Virus record (IMG/VR): IMGVR_UViG_3300035670_000027
Length of the DNA stretch: 64,000 nucleotides
Strand: one strand, 5' to 3'
Source of the DNA: a virus
In this document: positions 45,727 through 55,268 of the stretch, one piece after another
Position numbering within the stretch: position 1 is the first letter of the stretch
Layout of the letters: each line of letters begins with the position of its first letter
Position numbers and translations under genes: made by a program
Notes under the pieces: model-generated
What the model saw: only the letters and a program-made list of their open reading frames with translations
Told to the model about the DNA's origin: nothing
Database searches by the model: none

Positions 45727-46161
45727 TTAGTCAATCTTTCTAACATCTACGCCACACTTATTTAGGAATTCTATACCACTATTGTCACGATAGTCTTCGC
45801 CATAGAAAACTTTTTTGATACCAGATTGATAGATCATTTTAGCACACTCTATGCATGGACTGCAAGTAATAAACACACTTGCACCATCACCGCTTTCAGA
45901 TGACTTGGCAAGTTTAGCAATGGCATTTGATTCTGCGTGGAGAACTTCTGGTTTGGTGATTAGTGCTTTACCACCATAATTATCGTATATGGCATCTTCA
46001 CATGTATTATCCCAACCTGCTGGCATACCATTGTACCCAATAGAGATGATGCGATCATCTTTGACAATGACCGCACCAACTTTCTTTCTGACTGCACTAC
46101 TATGCTCGGCAAATAATCTAGCAGTTTTCATGTAAGTGCCGAGGTATTTTTCTTTAATCAT
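45727..46161 (-). CDS. cd: dCMP deaminase
   Basis: VGAVIV, GYNG, HAE, SPCIEC. Confidence 0.9.
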   Translation of the reverse strand: MIKEKYLGTYMKTARLFAEHSSAVRKKVGAVIVKDDRIISIGYNGMPAGWDNTCEDAIYDNYGGKALITKPEVLHAESNAIAKLAKSSESGDGASVFITCSPCIECAKMIYQSGIKKVFYGEDYRDNSGIEFLNKCGVDVRKID

Positions 46162-46402
46162 CCCAACCTTCTGTTTGTAAAAACCTTTTCTCTTGGATTG
46201 TCTTTTCTTTAAAAGTCTTTCTAGGATTTGAACACATGATACATTTAGGATCACCGCAGTTTAACGCATGATGTTTTACATATCGATGCGGCTCTTCGAT
46301 TGGTACACCAGCCGCCTTTGCAATTTTCATTTGCTTACGAATTGCATGTTCATCACCAAGAATTCTCTTACCACGCTTTTCTTTATCGATCTCATTGCTC
46401 AT
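46154..46402 (-). CDS. small basic Cys-cluster protein
   Basis: CGDPKCIMCSNPR; AGGAG RBS. Confidence 0.6.
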   Translation of the reverse strand: MSNEIDKEKRGKRILGDEHAIRKQMKIAKAAGVPIEEPHRYVKHHALNCGDPKCIMCSNPRKTFKEKTIQEKRFLQTEGWDD

Positions 46403-46430
46403 TTTATTCTCCTTTAGTTAAGCAATTAAC

Positions 46431-47192
46431 TTAAGCGACATTCCAGATTAAGGCTCCTTTCTTTCCATTTGCTTTGACAAATTCCCATAACTTCGCATCA
46501 TAATATTTTTCGCTAGGATATGGGGGCGCATACTGCTCTTCAATTGCTTGATCGTATTTGTATGGTGACCGCATTGTCTTTGCACGACCTTTCTCATAGT
46601 CACTCATCTTGTGACCAATCTCAACTGCAAACGCAGGCACATCAGGAAATGCTAATTGCAATCCACGATTGAGTGTGCCGCTTGATGCGACTGTCCAAAT
46701 CTCTGTTGGTTTTACTTTGAGGGATCGTGCTACTTTGATGATAGAACCTAAGACTGTTGGGTGTTCAAGACCAAGTGGCAATACTCTACGATTGACTGTA
46801 TCTTCTTCGTAGTAGTTTCTTGCTTTTGCTTTTGTTACATTCAACATGCCATTCGCTACCCAATGAATTGTTCCACCCATGTCTAAGACTTTTTGTTGAT
46901 GCCAGGTTGGCTCTTTACGCTTAGCCATGAAAAATGTTGCTCTCTTTCCGTATTTATTACAAACATATGTCAAAGAGATAGGTCCCCAACCAACTTTATT
47001 TGCACCACCAAAGACCCACTCATCACCTTCTGTGCTTATCAGATAGTCAATGAATCTTGCTTTACTGCCATAGCCGAGTTTGTCATCACGAACAACACGA
47101 AAACCTTCGTACTCTTCTATGACTGGTGGTGGATAAGGGTCTTCCCATCCTTTAATTGTATCAAGATATTCTTCAGGAGACAAGAGATTCAT
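46431..47192 (-). CDS. fold-type II PLP-dependent enzyme (ACC deaminase/D-Cys desulfhydrase-like)
   Basis: VVRDD...GSKAR (Schiff-base Lys), VASSGT phosphate loop, YDAK, IWNV; GGAGG RBS. Confidence 0.8.
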   Translation of the reverse strand: MNLLSPEEYLDTIKGWEDPYPPPVIEEYEGFRVVRDDKLGYGSKARFIDYLISTEGDEWVFGGANKVGWGPISLTYVCNKYGKRATFFMAKRKEPTWHQQKVLDMGGTIHWVANGMLNVTKAKARNYYEEDTVNRRVLPLGLEHPTVLGSIIKVARSLKVKPTEIWTVASSGTLNRGLQLAFPDVPAFAVEIGHKMSDYEKGRAKTMRSPYKYDQAIEEQYAPPYPSEKYYDAKLWEFVKANGKKGALIWNVA

Positions 47193-48288
47193 GCAAGTTT
47201 TCCTCCACTCGTACATCAATTACCAAATGTATGCGTTCTTCATTACCACCATTGATTGCTTGGTGTGCCTTTCGTGTATCAAGAAACCATACATCACCTT
47301 CTCTCATATGCACTTTCTCAGGTTCGCCTTTTGTGTCCCATACTGTAAAGATCACATCAGGATTTGTTTTGATAGGCAAATGAATTCGTGCTAACTTACC
47401 CAATGCACCGCCAGAATCAGGATCAACTTGATCGGTGTGTCTTTCAAGTTCACCACCACCTGGCTTCAATCGCATGAATCGCACACGATGAATTTGATTG
47501 CCAAGTGTGCTACAGTATTGTTTGATTTCAGGAAACAATTTGTACAATGATGTGTCTTGCAATTCAAAGAGTGTATCGCTATTGTCTTCTTGCCACTTCT
47601 TACTCATCTCAATTGGCTTCGTGATGAATGATGGGTCTTCAGTATAACCTCTGAGTGACAATGCTGACCACGATTTGTCTTTGTTGTAATTGCTATAGTG
47701 ATTTGTAAACTCAGGCAATATCTCAAGTTTCTCACGAATAGATTTAATCAGATTCATGCTTACAGTACCAATCTGCTTGATGCTTAGATACTCAGCATGG
47801 TCTACTTTAGGAAACTGTCGTGGTGAACCTCTGTAATAGATTGCATAAATTTCACCATAGGTTGTAATCTTAGGACCAACATAACAGAACCCGCACTCTT
47901 CTGCTAATTTGCAATGATCATCATTTTCTGCCCACACATACAACCAAACATCTCTCTTAGGTGCAAGCCCCTCAAACTTTGTCATTGGCTCTAAGCATTT
48001 TTTGAGCGTATTCAAATTTCCTGATAACTTGCCTACAGTCATATCACCTTTTTCTTTTCTTGCGATAACTGTGTCGCCATGCATGGTGATGTTTGAACCT
48101 GCTTTCGATTCAATTACTTCTAGTCTTGCATCATCAAGAAGAATCAATGTTTCTTTGTGCAATGCTTCTGCAATGTTGTTCTTCTTAAATTGTGCGAATG
48201 GTGATAGTGTGTATGCATTATAGTCTGAATACTTTGCTTCAATCTCTTTGAGATAGTCTAACTCATATCCATGTTGCCAGTCTTTCAT
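47173..48288 (-). CDS. fusion of a GNAT-like N-domain and an Asp/Asn beta-hydroxylase-type 2OG-Fe(II) oxygenase
   Basis: WLYVWAEN...LAEECGF (GNAT motif B-like); RVRFMRL.PG..HTD, IHLP, AHQAIN, RIHLVID. Confidence 0.7.
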   Translation of the reverse strand: MKDWQHGYELDYLKEIEAKYSDYNAYTLSPFAQFKKNNIAEALHKETLILLDDARLEVIESKAGSNITMHGDTVIARKEKGDMTVGKLSGNLNTLKKCLEPMTKFEGLAPKRDVWLYVWAENDDHCKLAEECGFCYVGPKITTYGEIYAIYYRGSPRQFPKVDHAEYLSIKQIGTVSMNLIKSIREKLEILPEFTNHYSNYNKDKSWSALSLRGYTEDPSFITKPIEMSKKWQEDNSDTLFELQDTSLYKLFPEIKQYCSTLGNQIHRVRFMRLKPGGGELERHTDQVDPDSGGALGKLARIHLPIKTNPDVIFTVWDTKGEPEKVHMREGDVWFLDTRKAHQAINGGNEERIHLVIDVRVEENLHESLVS

Positions 48289-48797
48289 TTTTGTACTTTC
48301 TTAACTTTGCGTTGAAGAATCATTCTTTTTCTTTTTGCTCTTTGTGTTTCAAACTGAGATGCCTTTTGCGTAAAGACTTTGCCTTCCATGTGATCATACT
48401 CATGCAATGCAACCCTCGCAGTCAATCCAATAAATGTTTCTGTTACTGTTTCACCATTCTCATTTTGAAAACGAACACGGCATCGATCTGGTCGCTTTAC
48501 ACTCAAATAGAGTAATGGATAACTTAAGCATCCTTCTTTCGCTAGAATCTCATTGTCTGATACATCGACAATTCTTGGATTGAACAATGTCAATGGTGGT
48601 TCGCTACGCATCGTAAACACACGATATGGTACACCAACTTGATTTGCTGATAAGCCAAGACCATCATTCTTTAGCATGGTACTATATAGGCTTTCTGCAA
48701 GTTCTTTTGGATCGTACGGTGGGTTCTCAAAGTCAAACTCTTGGCATGGCTCAAGTAACATTAGAGAATCTTCAGGTATAAGTTTAAATTCTATCAT
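48285..48797 (-). CDS. def: peptide deformylase
   Basis: GLGLSANQ, EGCLS, HEYDH. Confidence 0.92.
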   Translation of the reverse strand: MIEFKLIPEDSLMLLEPCQEFDFENPPYDPKELAESLYSTMLKNDGLGLSANQVGVPYRVFTMRSEPPLTLFNPRIVDVSDNEILAKEGCLSYPLLYLSVKRPDRCRVRFQNENGETVTETFIGLTARVALHEYDHMEGKVFTQKASQFETQRAKRKRMILQRKVKKVQK

Positions 48798-49372
48798 TGG
48801 TTTCTTCCTATATTAAAGGCAATAGAAATACGATCTTCATTAGTCACATTTGTTTCTACATAATGCATAATTTCAGACGGGAAAAAAATTAATGCATTTT
48901 TTCTTGGAGTAAATGCCCATCGGCTTGAACTGTACTCATCTAACTCTTTAACTTTTGGTATAAACATTTCATGATATATGTTTGGATGTATGAAAATTAA
49001 ATCGCCAGAATCTTTAGGATATTTAACATAATAAACTCCAGAAAAAAAAGATTGTGGATGAGTATGTGGTTTGTTGTGGCCACCATTATTATTAACATTG
49101 ATCCACATGTTTAATAATTTTAAATCTTCAACAATTTTAAATCTTAAACTGAGTTCACTCACCGATTCTTTAATTTTTTCTATAAGAGGATGTAAGGCAA
49201 CATTACTGTTATCGAATATTGTAATATCTGGACTTTGCCAACCACTAACATTACTTCTATTTACTGAAGCGGTTGTAGATTTCAAATTATAAACAAATTT
49301 TTCAATATTACTTGTGTCTAAAGATAGATCATCCCAACATAAAAAATTATAAAATATTTTTTTAAAATTCAT
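48794..49372 (-). CDS. 2OG-Fe(II) oxygenase (TIGR02466-like, AT-rich)
   Basis: SN.SGWQS, WIN, HTHP, SGVYY, FPS..MHYV, RISIAFN. Confidence 0.8.
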   Translation of the reverse strand: MNFKKIFYNFLCWDDLSLDTSNIEKFVYNLKSTTASVNRSNVSGWQSPDITIFDNSNVALHPLIEKIKESVSELSLRFKIVEDLKLLNMWINVNNNGGHNKPHTHPQSFFSGVYYVKYPKDSGDLIFIHPNIYHEMFIPKVKELDEYSSSRWAFTPRKNALIFFPSEIMHYVETNVTNEDRISIAFNIGRNQ

Positions 49373-51081
49373 TTTATCATCCTCGAAAAATTATTTACCT
49401 TTTCAAAACGAACAACATTTCTAAACTTGTCTTGCAGTATGTCACCCTTGTGTGAGATGACAAATAGATTTGTGTGTTCAAGCAAGTTCAGAATCTTCAT
49501 CAAGTCTTCAGTTCCATTTGCATCAAGTGACGAATCAAAAATCTCATCAAGTATCAAAATATTTGTGTTAGTAGAATTTTTCATCTTTGCTACGGCACGC
49601 CAAGTCAACATAAGTGCCATATCAATTCTTTGCTTCTCACCTTCACTAAACGATGCGTAACTAAAATCGTCACGGTGTCTAGACTTGATTGTTTCTTTGA
49701 ATGATTCATCAAGATTAAAGTTCACAAAGAAGTCTAATGTGCTAAGATACTTATTCACCAACTTGTTGATGATTGGTAGATACTGTTTGACAATCTTTGT
49801 TTTGATACCAGTATCTTTCAGTAGTATCGATGCCGTGTCATAGTATGCTCTCTCATCGATAAGCACTCGTAAATCCTGCTTTAAGCCGTCTAAACACGCA
49901 TTTATGCTAGTTAATTCTTTCTCTTCTTTTGCCGTGACTGTTGTAGATGTTTTGATGTGATTGATTGCTTCGTGCAATTTTTGCACATACTTATTCAATT
50001 CAGTAACAGTAGAAGTATCGCCAGCAATCTTTACCTGTAGTTTGTTGATTTGCTTTTGCACATCTGCAATCTCTGCCAACTTCAATTGTTCATCAGCGAG
50101 TTTCTTTTCTAACTCTTCTAATCCGTGTTTGCAACCGGCAACTTTAATTGAGAGGTTGTTAAGTTCTTCATCTTTAAATTCATCGGCAATGGCTTGCCTA
50201 CAGGTTGGACAATTATCATTTTGTTGAAAGAAACTGATATCCTTTTGAAATTTGGATAGATTGCTTTCAATCTGCGATTCAAGTTTTGTAAGTTTCTTGA
50301 CCTTACCCTCAACTGTAGTTTTGTTCTCAACAACCAATTGGAGTTCTGTGACCTTGGTACTCGCTTCTTCAATAGATGTGAGTAAGGTGGATATGGTATT
50401 GCCAGTACTCTGTATGTCTTGATCATGTTCTTTTACCTTGTCATCATTGTTCTGTTTCAGTTCATCAAGATGTTCTTTCATCATGTCATACTTTTGTTGC
50501 TGAAGATCAATCTCATATTTCTTTACTGAGATTTGTTCTTTAGTGATCTGCAACTTTTCTTTGACGATGCTATTCATGCGAGAGAAGATTTGAATGTCTA
50601 ACAAGTCTTCAATGATTGCTCTACGGTCGCTTGCTGACAACTGCATGAATGGTGTGAATGAAGCACTACCAAGAATCACAATTTGCGTAAACGATTTGTA
50701 GTTAAGTTTGAGAATGAATTTCTCTAGATGTTCTTGATAGTCTTTGATTGCGGCATCTTGTGTAATCAATGTTTGACCACAACGAATCTCAAAGAGATTT
50801 GGTTTGATGCCACGGGTGACTTTGTATGACCTGCTACCAATGTCAAACTCAACTTCAACCACACAATCTTTTGCATTGATTGAATTGACTAACTGCCCTT
50901 TGTTGATGCTACGAAAAGGCTTACCAAACAGACAGAAACACAATGCATCAAGCATAGTAGACTTACCTGATCCATTTGAACCAACAATCAATGTTGATGT
51001 TTCAGTATCAAGGTTAATCTCTGTAAACAGATTGCCTGTGCTTAACAGATTCTTCCAACGAATTTTACGAAATAAAATCAT
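49369..51081 (-). CDS. gp46: recombination endonuclease ATPase subunit (Rad50-like)
   Basis: GSNGSGKS, CPTC hook, FSEGE, LDEIFD. Confidence 0.95.
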   Translation of the reverse strand: MILFRKIRWKNLLSTGNLFTEINLDTETSTLIVGSNGSGKSTMLDALCFCLFGKPFRSINKGQLVNSINAKDCVVEVEFDIGSRSYKVTRGIKPNLFEIRCGQTLITQDAAIKDYQEHLEKFILKLNYKSFTQIVILGSASFTPFMQLSASDRRAIIEDLLDIQIFSRMNSIVKEKLQITKEQISVKKYEIDLQQQKYDMMKEHLDELKQNNDDKVKEHDQDIQSTGNTISTLLTSIEEASTKVTELQLVVENKTTVEGKVKKLTKLESQIESNLSKFQKDISFFQQNDNCPTCRQAIADEFKDEELNNLSIKVAGCKHGLEELEKKLADEQLKLAEIADVQKQINKLQVKIAGDTSTVTELNKYVQKLHEAINHIKTSTTVTAKEEKELTSINACLDGLKQDLRVLIDERAYYDTASILLKDTGIKTKIVKQYLPIINKLVNKYLSTLDFFVNFNLDESFKETIKSRHRDDFSYASFSEGEKQRIDMALMLTWRAVAKMKNSTNTNILILDEIFDSSLDANGTEDLMKILNLLEHTNLFVISHKGDILQDKFRNVVRFEKVNNFSRMIK

Positions 51082-52154
51082 TCAATATGCTCAGTCGATA
51101 GTGCTTCCAAATATAGTTCTTTCATCACAGTCTTAAGTTTATTAATTTTATCCGGTTCTATCTGTAAAGATTGTGAATCAATGTAATTGGATAGTATAGT
51201 TAATGTGTCTTCCGCTTGGTCAACAACTTCAAAAGTATTATTCGCCATCTCGCTAAAATCTTCCACGATGTTGATATCGATTGGATTAACTTTGTACAGA
51301 TTGTCCACCAACTGATCAAAGATATGTGGATTTGATTTGTGCAAGACTACTATCTTTATATAGGCTTTCTCATACATGGAATAGTCTATAGTCTTCAATT
51401 GCTCCATTGTAAGTTTGCTATCGTCATACTTGATCTTATAGAACATACGATATGGATTATTAATAAACTCAAGTTCTTTCGTTTCGGTATCAAAGATGCC
51501 AAAACCTTTTTGATCTTTGTAGTCATTCCAAAATAGTTCGTATGGCGTGCCAAGATACATGACATTGCCTTGAGAAGATTTCATGTGATAGTGACCGCTA
51601 TACACTTGATCATAGTTCTCTAGAAAATCATCTGAGTATCCTTCATGACTTGGCATACCAGGCCATAGTTGATAGCCAAGCAGTTCAAAGTGACCAACGC
51701 AATGTGACGATACGCTATTAGAAACAAACTCACGAATTTCTTTTTCGTTCTCTTGACATATCCATGGTATCATGTCAATATTCATACCATCAAGTTCAAG
51801 TGTGCCATGCTTAGACCATAGCGTAATGTTGTCATAGTCTTTCAGTAGAAGGTCAGGCGAATTGACTTCTAGACTGTGACGCCAAAAGATATCGTGATTG
51901 CCAATGAGTGCGTGAAGATGAATGCCTTTTTCTTTCAGTACATCAAAGAAGTACCGTCTGCTTTCAAAGAGCGAAAGAAAGTTCATATACTTTCGGCGAT
52001 CAAAAAGATCACCTAGTTGTATAACAACCTTGATATCATGCTCTTCTAAGTATGGAAAGAAAATGTTGCTATAAAACTTCTCATAGAATTCATGAAAGTG
52101 CTTTGCGTCATTTCTTACACCGAAGTGCGTATCACCGAGTAAACATATTTTCAT
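51078..52154 (-). CDS. gp47: recombination endonuclease nuclease subunit (Mre11-like)
   Basis: GDTHFG, GDLFD, GNHD, GHYH. Confidence 0.95.
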   Translation of the reverse strand: MKICLLGDTHFGVRNDAKHFHEFYEKFYSNIFFPYLEEHDIKVVIQLGDLFDRRKYMNFLSLFESRRYFFDVLKEKGIHLHALIGNHDIFWRHSLEVNSPDLLLKDYDNITLWSKHGTLELDGMNIDMIPWICQENEKEIREFVSNSVSSHCVGHFELLGYQLWPGMPSHEGYSDDFLENYDQVYSGHYHMKSSQGNVMYLGTPYELFWNDYKDQKGFGIFDTETKELEFINNPYRMFYKIKYDDSKLTMEQLKTIDYSMYEKAYIKIVVLHKSNPHIFDQLVDNLYKVNPIDINIVEDFSEMANNTFEVVDQAEDTLTILSNYIDSQSLQIEPDKINKLKTVMKELYLEALSTEHIE

Positions 52155-52347
52155 TCTTAGTCTTGTTTGTTTTCCAATTATTCTTTACCGTCTCTTGGCG
52201 AGAGTTGTCCTTGATAACCTTGTCAATTATAGCATGGATGTTCTTCAAATGCAAGAGCGAAGTTTCTTTCAAATCGTATGGCGATTTCTTGTTTTGTACC
52301 ACTTTGATCCATTGCTCAAGTTGCACTGGTAATGGTGTCTGCATCAT
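52132..52347 (-). CDS. small hypothetical protein
   Basis: AGGAG RBS; bridges gp55 and gp47. Confidence 0.5.
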   Translation of the reverse strand: MMQTPLPVQLEQWIKVVQNKKSPYDLKETSLLHLKNIHAIIDKVIKDNSRQETVKNNWKTNKTKNENMFTR

Positions 52348-52879
52348 CTATCTCCTCTTTCTTTTTCTTCCTAGCGTTTGTTTTCTTACGCTTGGTATCT
52401 TCAAATGTTTCGATGAAGTCTTTAATGAATTCATCTTGGTATGATTCGTGCATCATGCCTTGCATCTGTGAGGTAATAATTTCTTCACCGTTGTTGGCAA
52501 TGAGTGCATTGACAATTTCATTCTGCATACTCTTGTACTTGATGTACATGTGTTTCTTTTCCTTTTGTATTCTGCGAAGGAAGGCATAGTAAATGATCTG
52601 TGTAAAGTAGGCAAAAGGATTCTTTGACTTCTCTGGATCAAAGTTATCTATGTATAGCAAACAGTTCTCTACACCATCGGAAATCATATCGTCTTTAAAA
52701 GTGTAGTTGGCGAAGTTTGGCTTTCGTGCCAAGTGTGTGGCGATCTTAAAAAGGCAAGTGCCGATGTACTCAGGCACCCTTGGTCTGATAGCGTTTGCTT
52801 GCTCTGCCTCTTTCACGCTTTTACGGTAGGTGATCATCTCATTCAAAAATTGTTCGTTGTTTACATAATGATTGCCCAT
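52316..52879 (-). CDS. gp55: late-transcription sigma factor
   Basis: HYVNN, YIGTC..KIA, NF.NYT, DMISDG, NPFAYFTQI, FLRRIQKEK. Confidence 0.95.
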   Translation of the reverse strand: MGNHYVNNEQFLNEMITYRKSVKEAEQANAIRPRVPEYIGTCLFKIATHLARKPNFANYTFKDDMISDGVENCLLYIDNFDPEKSKNPFAYFTQIIYYAFLRRIQKEKKHMYIKYKSMQNEIVNALIANNGEEIITSQMQGMMHESYQDEFIKDFIETFEDTKRKKTNARKKKKEEIDDADTITSAT

Positions 52880-52897
52880 AATTTTTCCTTTTTAATG

Positions 52898-52926
52898 TTG
52901 ACAAACTCTTGACATGTGTGTAGAAT
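52898..52926 (+). promoter_or_regulatory. plus-strand (antisense) sigma70-like promoter
   Basis: TTGACA-17-TAGAAT in the intergenic gap upstream of gp55. Confidence 0.65.
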
Positions 52927-52940
52927 CAGCGTGTAGCCTT

Positions 52941-53330
52941 TCAATGCATAGTCTTAGGATTAATGTTCTTAAGTAACTCAGACATGATTTCGTTCAGTTC
53001 AGTAATTTCATCCTCTTCAATTTCTTCTCTAGCAGAAGGCTCTGTAATTAATTCACCATAATTCTTCAGCATCAACTGTGTTGGTTCAGCACAACATACA
53101 ATCGATGTTTTGTATACACGAATAGGAAACTTGTAATCAAAACTTGGATCCCATTTCAATACTGACATGTTCATTTTACTTTCCTGTGGGTTAACCAAAA
53201 CTATTATCTTAAGAGGTGTTTCAACATCAATGTATGATGGAGTTTCTTTCGAAATATTTCCAATGATTGTTTCACCATTTGACAATTTCAACACCTTGCA
53301 TATTTTTGTATCTTGTTGTTCTTGGTGCAT
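52941..53330 (-). CDS. conserved T4-like hypothetical protein (Sm-like fold suspected)
   Basis: KLSNGETIIG; syntenic between uvsW and gp55. Confidence 0.65.
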   Translation of the reverse strand: MHQEQQDTKICKVLKLSNGETIIGNISKETPSYIDVETPLKIIVLVNPQESKMNMSVLKWDPSFDYKFPIRVYKTSIVCCAEPTQLMLKNYGELITEPSAREEIEEDEITELNEIMSELLKNINPKTMH

Positions 53331-53331
53331 G

Positions 53332-54780
53332 TTAGTCCTTTAGATTGATGGTGTAAATTTTGTAGTCAAACTTCTCATCATTGTAAATTTTCATTCTCTC
53401 TATAAAATGGTCTAGCGTAAAGTTCTTTCTACTCTTGTGCGTCATATCGTCTGCAATGTCAAACAATGTCGCCTTGTCTTTGTTTTCTCCTAGTCTAAGT
53501 ACTCTACCAATTGACTGTAATGTACGAATCTTACTCTTACTCGGTGAAGCAAACACAATATTGTGTAAGTGTCTTATATTTATACCTGTAGAGAATGTCC
53601 CGTAAGAAGCAATGATGATTGCATTTTGTTCTTTCTCTGTTATCTCTCTTACAAGTTCTCTCTCTTCTGCTTCTACTCCACCATGCACAAAAAACACTTG
53701 ACGATCACCTGCTCTATCTTTTATCATATTGTATAGAGGTTCGCCGTGCTTATGTACAAACTGATAAAGTACAAGTGTATTCTGTTTTAGGGAAATAGTC
53801 AAGTTGGTAATAAACTTATTCCGTGCTGGCGATGATACCAGATAATCTATTTCCTCTTGATACTTATACTTCTTTACCTCTGAACATGCCTCTTCATTGT
53901 GTTTCAATACAAGTGCTTTGATTTTCAGATTTGCAAGATTACTTTTATCCATCAACTCTTTTGTTGTGGTGACTTGCTTGACTGCACCAAACAAGCCTTC
54001 AAGTACCAATCGATGTGTCTGTGTGCCATCAAGTGTACCTGTCATGCCAAAACGATAAGCGCAGTCTGTAAGATTCGTCATGATCTTTGTAAGCGACTGT
54101 GCTTTAAACAAGTGTGCTTCATCACCAATGATAAGATCGTATTGTGAGAACCAATCTTTGGGTAACTTGTATATACTCTGCCAAGTAGAAATTACAATGG
54201 GCTTCTTTGTAACTTTATCTGAACCACCTGTGATTGTATGACAGAATGTATCACTATCGAAACCATAGTCTTTGAAGTCTTTGTACATCTGCGACACCAA
54301 AGAGATTGTTGGTACAATAATGAGTGTCTTGCATTTTAAATATCGCACAATGAGATATGCAATGAGTGACTTGCCTGATGCAGTTGGTGAGAGTAGTAAA
54401 CCACGCTGATTACGAATTGCATGAACAAACGCTTTCATCTGATAGTCTCTCGGTTCAAAAGGCAGATTGAGTTTTTTTACAAACTCTTCTGCTTCAACTA
54501 ACGAGAAATTCTCAGTAGTTCGTAACTCATAGTCAACATCAAGTTCGTAGTCACGCTCTTTACAAAACTTCTCAATGTAATGTAGCAAACCACCATAGAT
54601 GTTATGTGTTTGTCTATCGAATAGGCGAATCTTTCCATCCCACACCTTGTTGCGAAATGCGGGCATGAATTTATATCCTGGTACATAAAAGGTAAAGTAC
54701 TCTGAGAGTTCCATTGCTTCACCTGCTTCACAATGAACCTTAATGTACACATCATTAACTTTTGATATTCTAAGCGACAC
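53332..54780 (-). CDS. uvsW: SF2 helicase
   Basis: PRDYQ, SPTASGKS, DEAH, TGT, QSIGRVLR; GTG start chosen. Confidence 0.93.
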   Translation of the reverse strand: MSLRISKVNDVYIKVHCEAGEAMELSEYFTFYVPGYKFMPAFRNKVWDGKIRLFDRQTHNIYGGLLHYIEKFCKERDYELDVDYELRTTENFSLVEAEEFVKKLNLPFEPRDYQMKAFVHAIRNQRGLLLSPTASGKSLIAYLIVRYLKCKTLIIVPTISLVSQMYKDFKDYGFDSDTFCHTITGGSDKVTKKPIVISTWQSIYKLPKDWFSQYDLIIGDEAHLFKAQSLTKIMTNLTDCAYRFGMTGTLDGTQTHRLVLEGLFGAVKQVTTTKELMDKSNLANLKIKALVLKHNEEACSEVKKYKYQEEIDYLVSSPARNKFITNLTISLKQNTLVLYQFVHKHGEPLYNMIKDRAGDRQVFFVHGGVEAEERELVREITEKEQNAIIIASYGTFSTGINIRHLHNIVFASPSKSKIRTLQSIGRVLRLGENKDKATLFDIADDMTHKSRKNFTLDHFIERMKIYNDEKFDYKIYTINLKD

Positions 54781-55207
54781 CTTGTGTAAACTTCTTCCAG
54801 TCAATTGCGTTTTTGATTTGAAAGTTTCTCTGATTGAGATTTTTGATCACCTCTTCAAGAAACGCTAGTTTCTCTTTTTGCATAACAATCTTCATGTTCT
54901 TTTGAATAATGTCTTTGTCTGATTCTAAGTACATATCAATTTCATGCTTCATTAATCTTTTGAGAAAAGGTTCCCAACCAAGTTCATTGAGTTCCTCTTC
55001 AGACATTTTACCATTATAGTACTCATACTTTTGAAGAAAAAGTTCTTTCGACTGAAACTCTGTTGCTTTCAGTATGCGTCTTTCATCAAAGTAGTATTTG
55101 AGATACTTACTATGTAGTTCCGGAATTTTTGCTGATTCTAAACCTAGTTCAGTTGAATCAATCGATGCGTCTTTACGCCATTCTTCCATCAGTTGATCTA
55201 AAGTCAT
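54770..55207 (-). CDS. uvsY: recombination mediator
   Basis: LHSKY, YYNGK, RNFQIKNAIDW. Confidence 0.9.
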   Translation of the reverse strand: MTLDQLMEEWRKDASIDSTELGLESAKIPELHSKYLKYYFDERRILKATEFQSKELFLQKYEYYNGKMSEEELNELGWEPFLKRLMKHEIDMYLESDKDIIQKNMKIVMQKEKLAFLEEVIKNLNQRNFQIKNAIDWKKFTQGVA

Positions 55208-55239
55208 ACCACCTCTCCATATGGATCCAATTACATAAC

Positions 55240-55268
55240 ATCATAACAGAAAAGACTTTATTTGTCAA
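55240..55268 (-). promoter_or_regulatory. sigma70-like promoter for uvsY
   Basis: TTGACA-17-TATGAT with extended TG. Confidence 0.8.
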
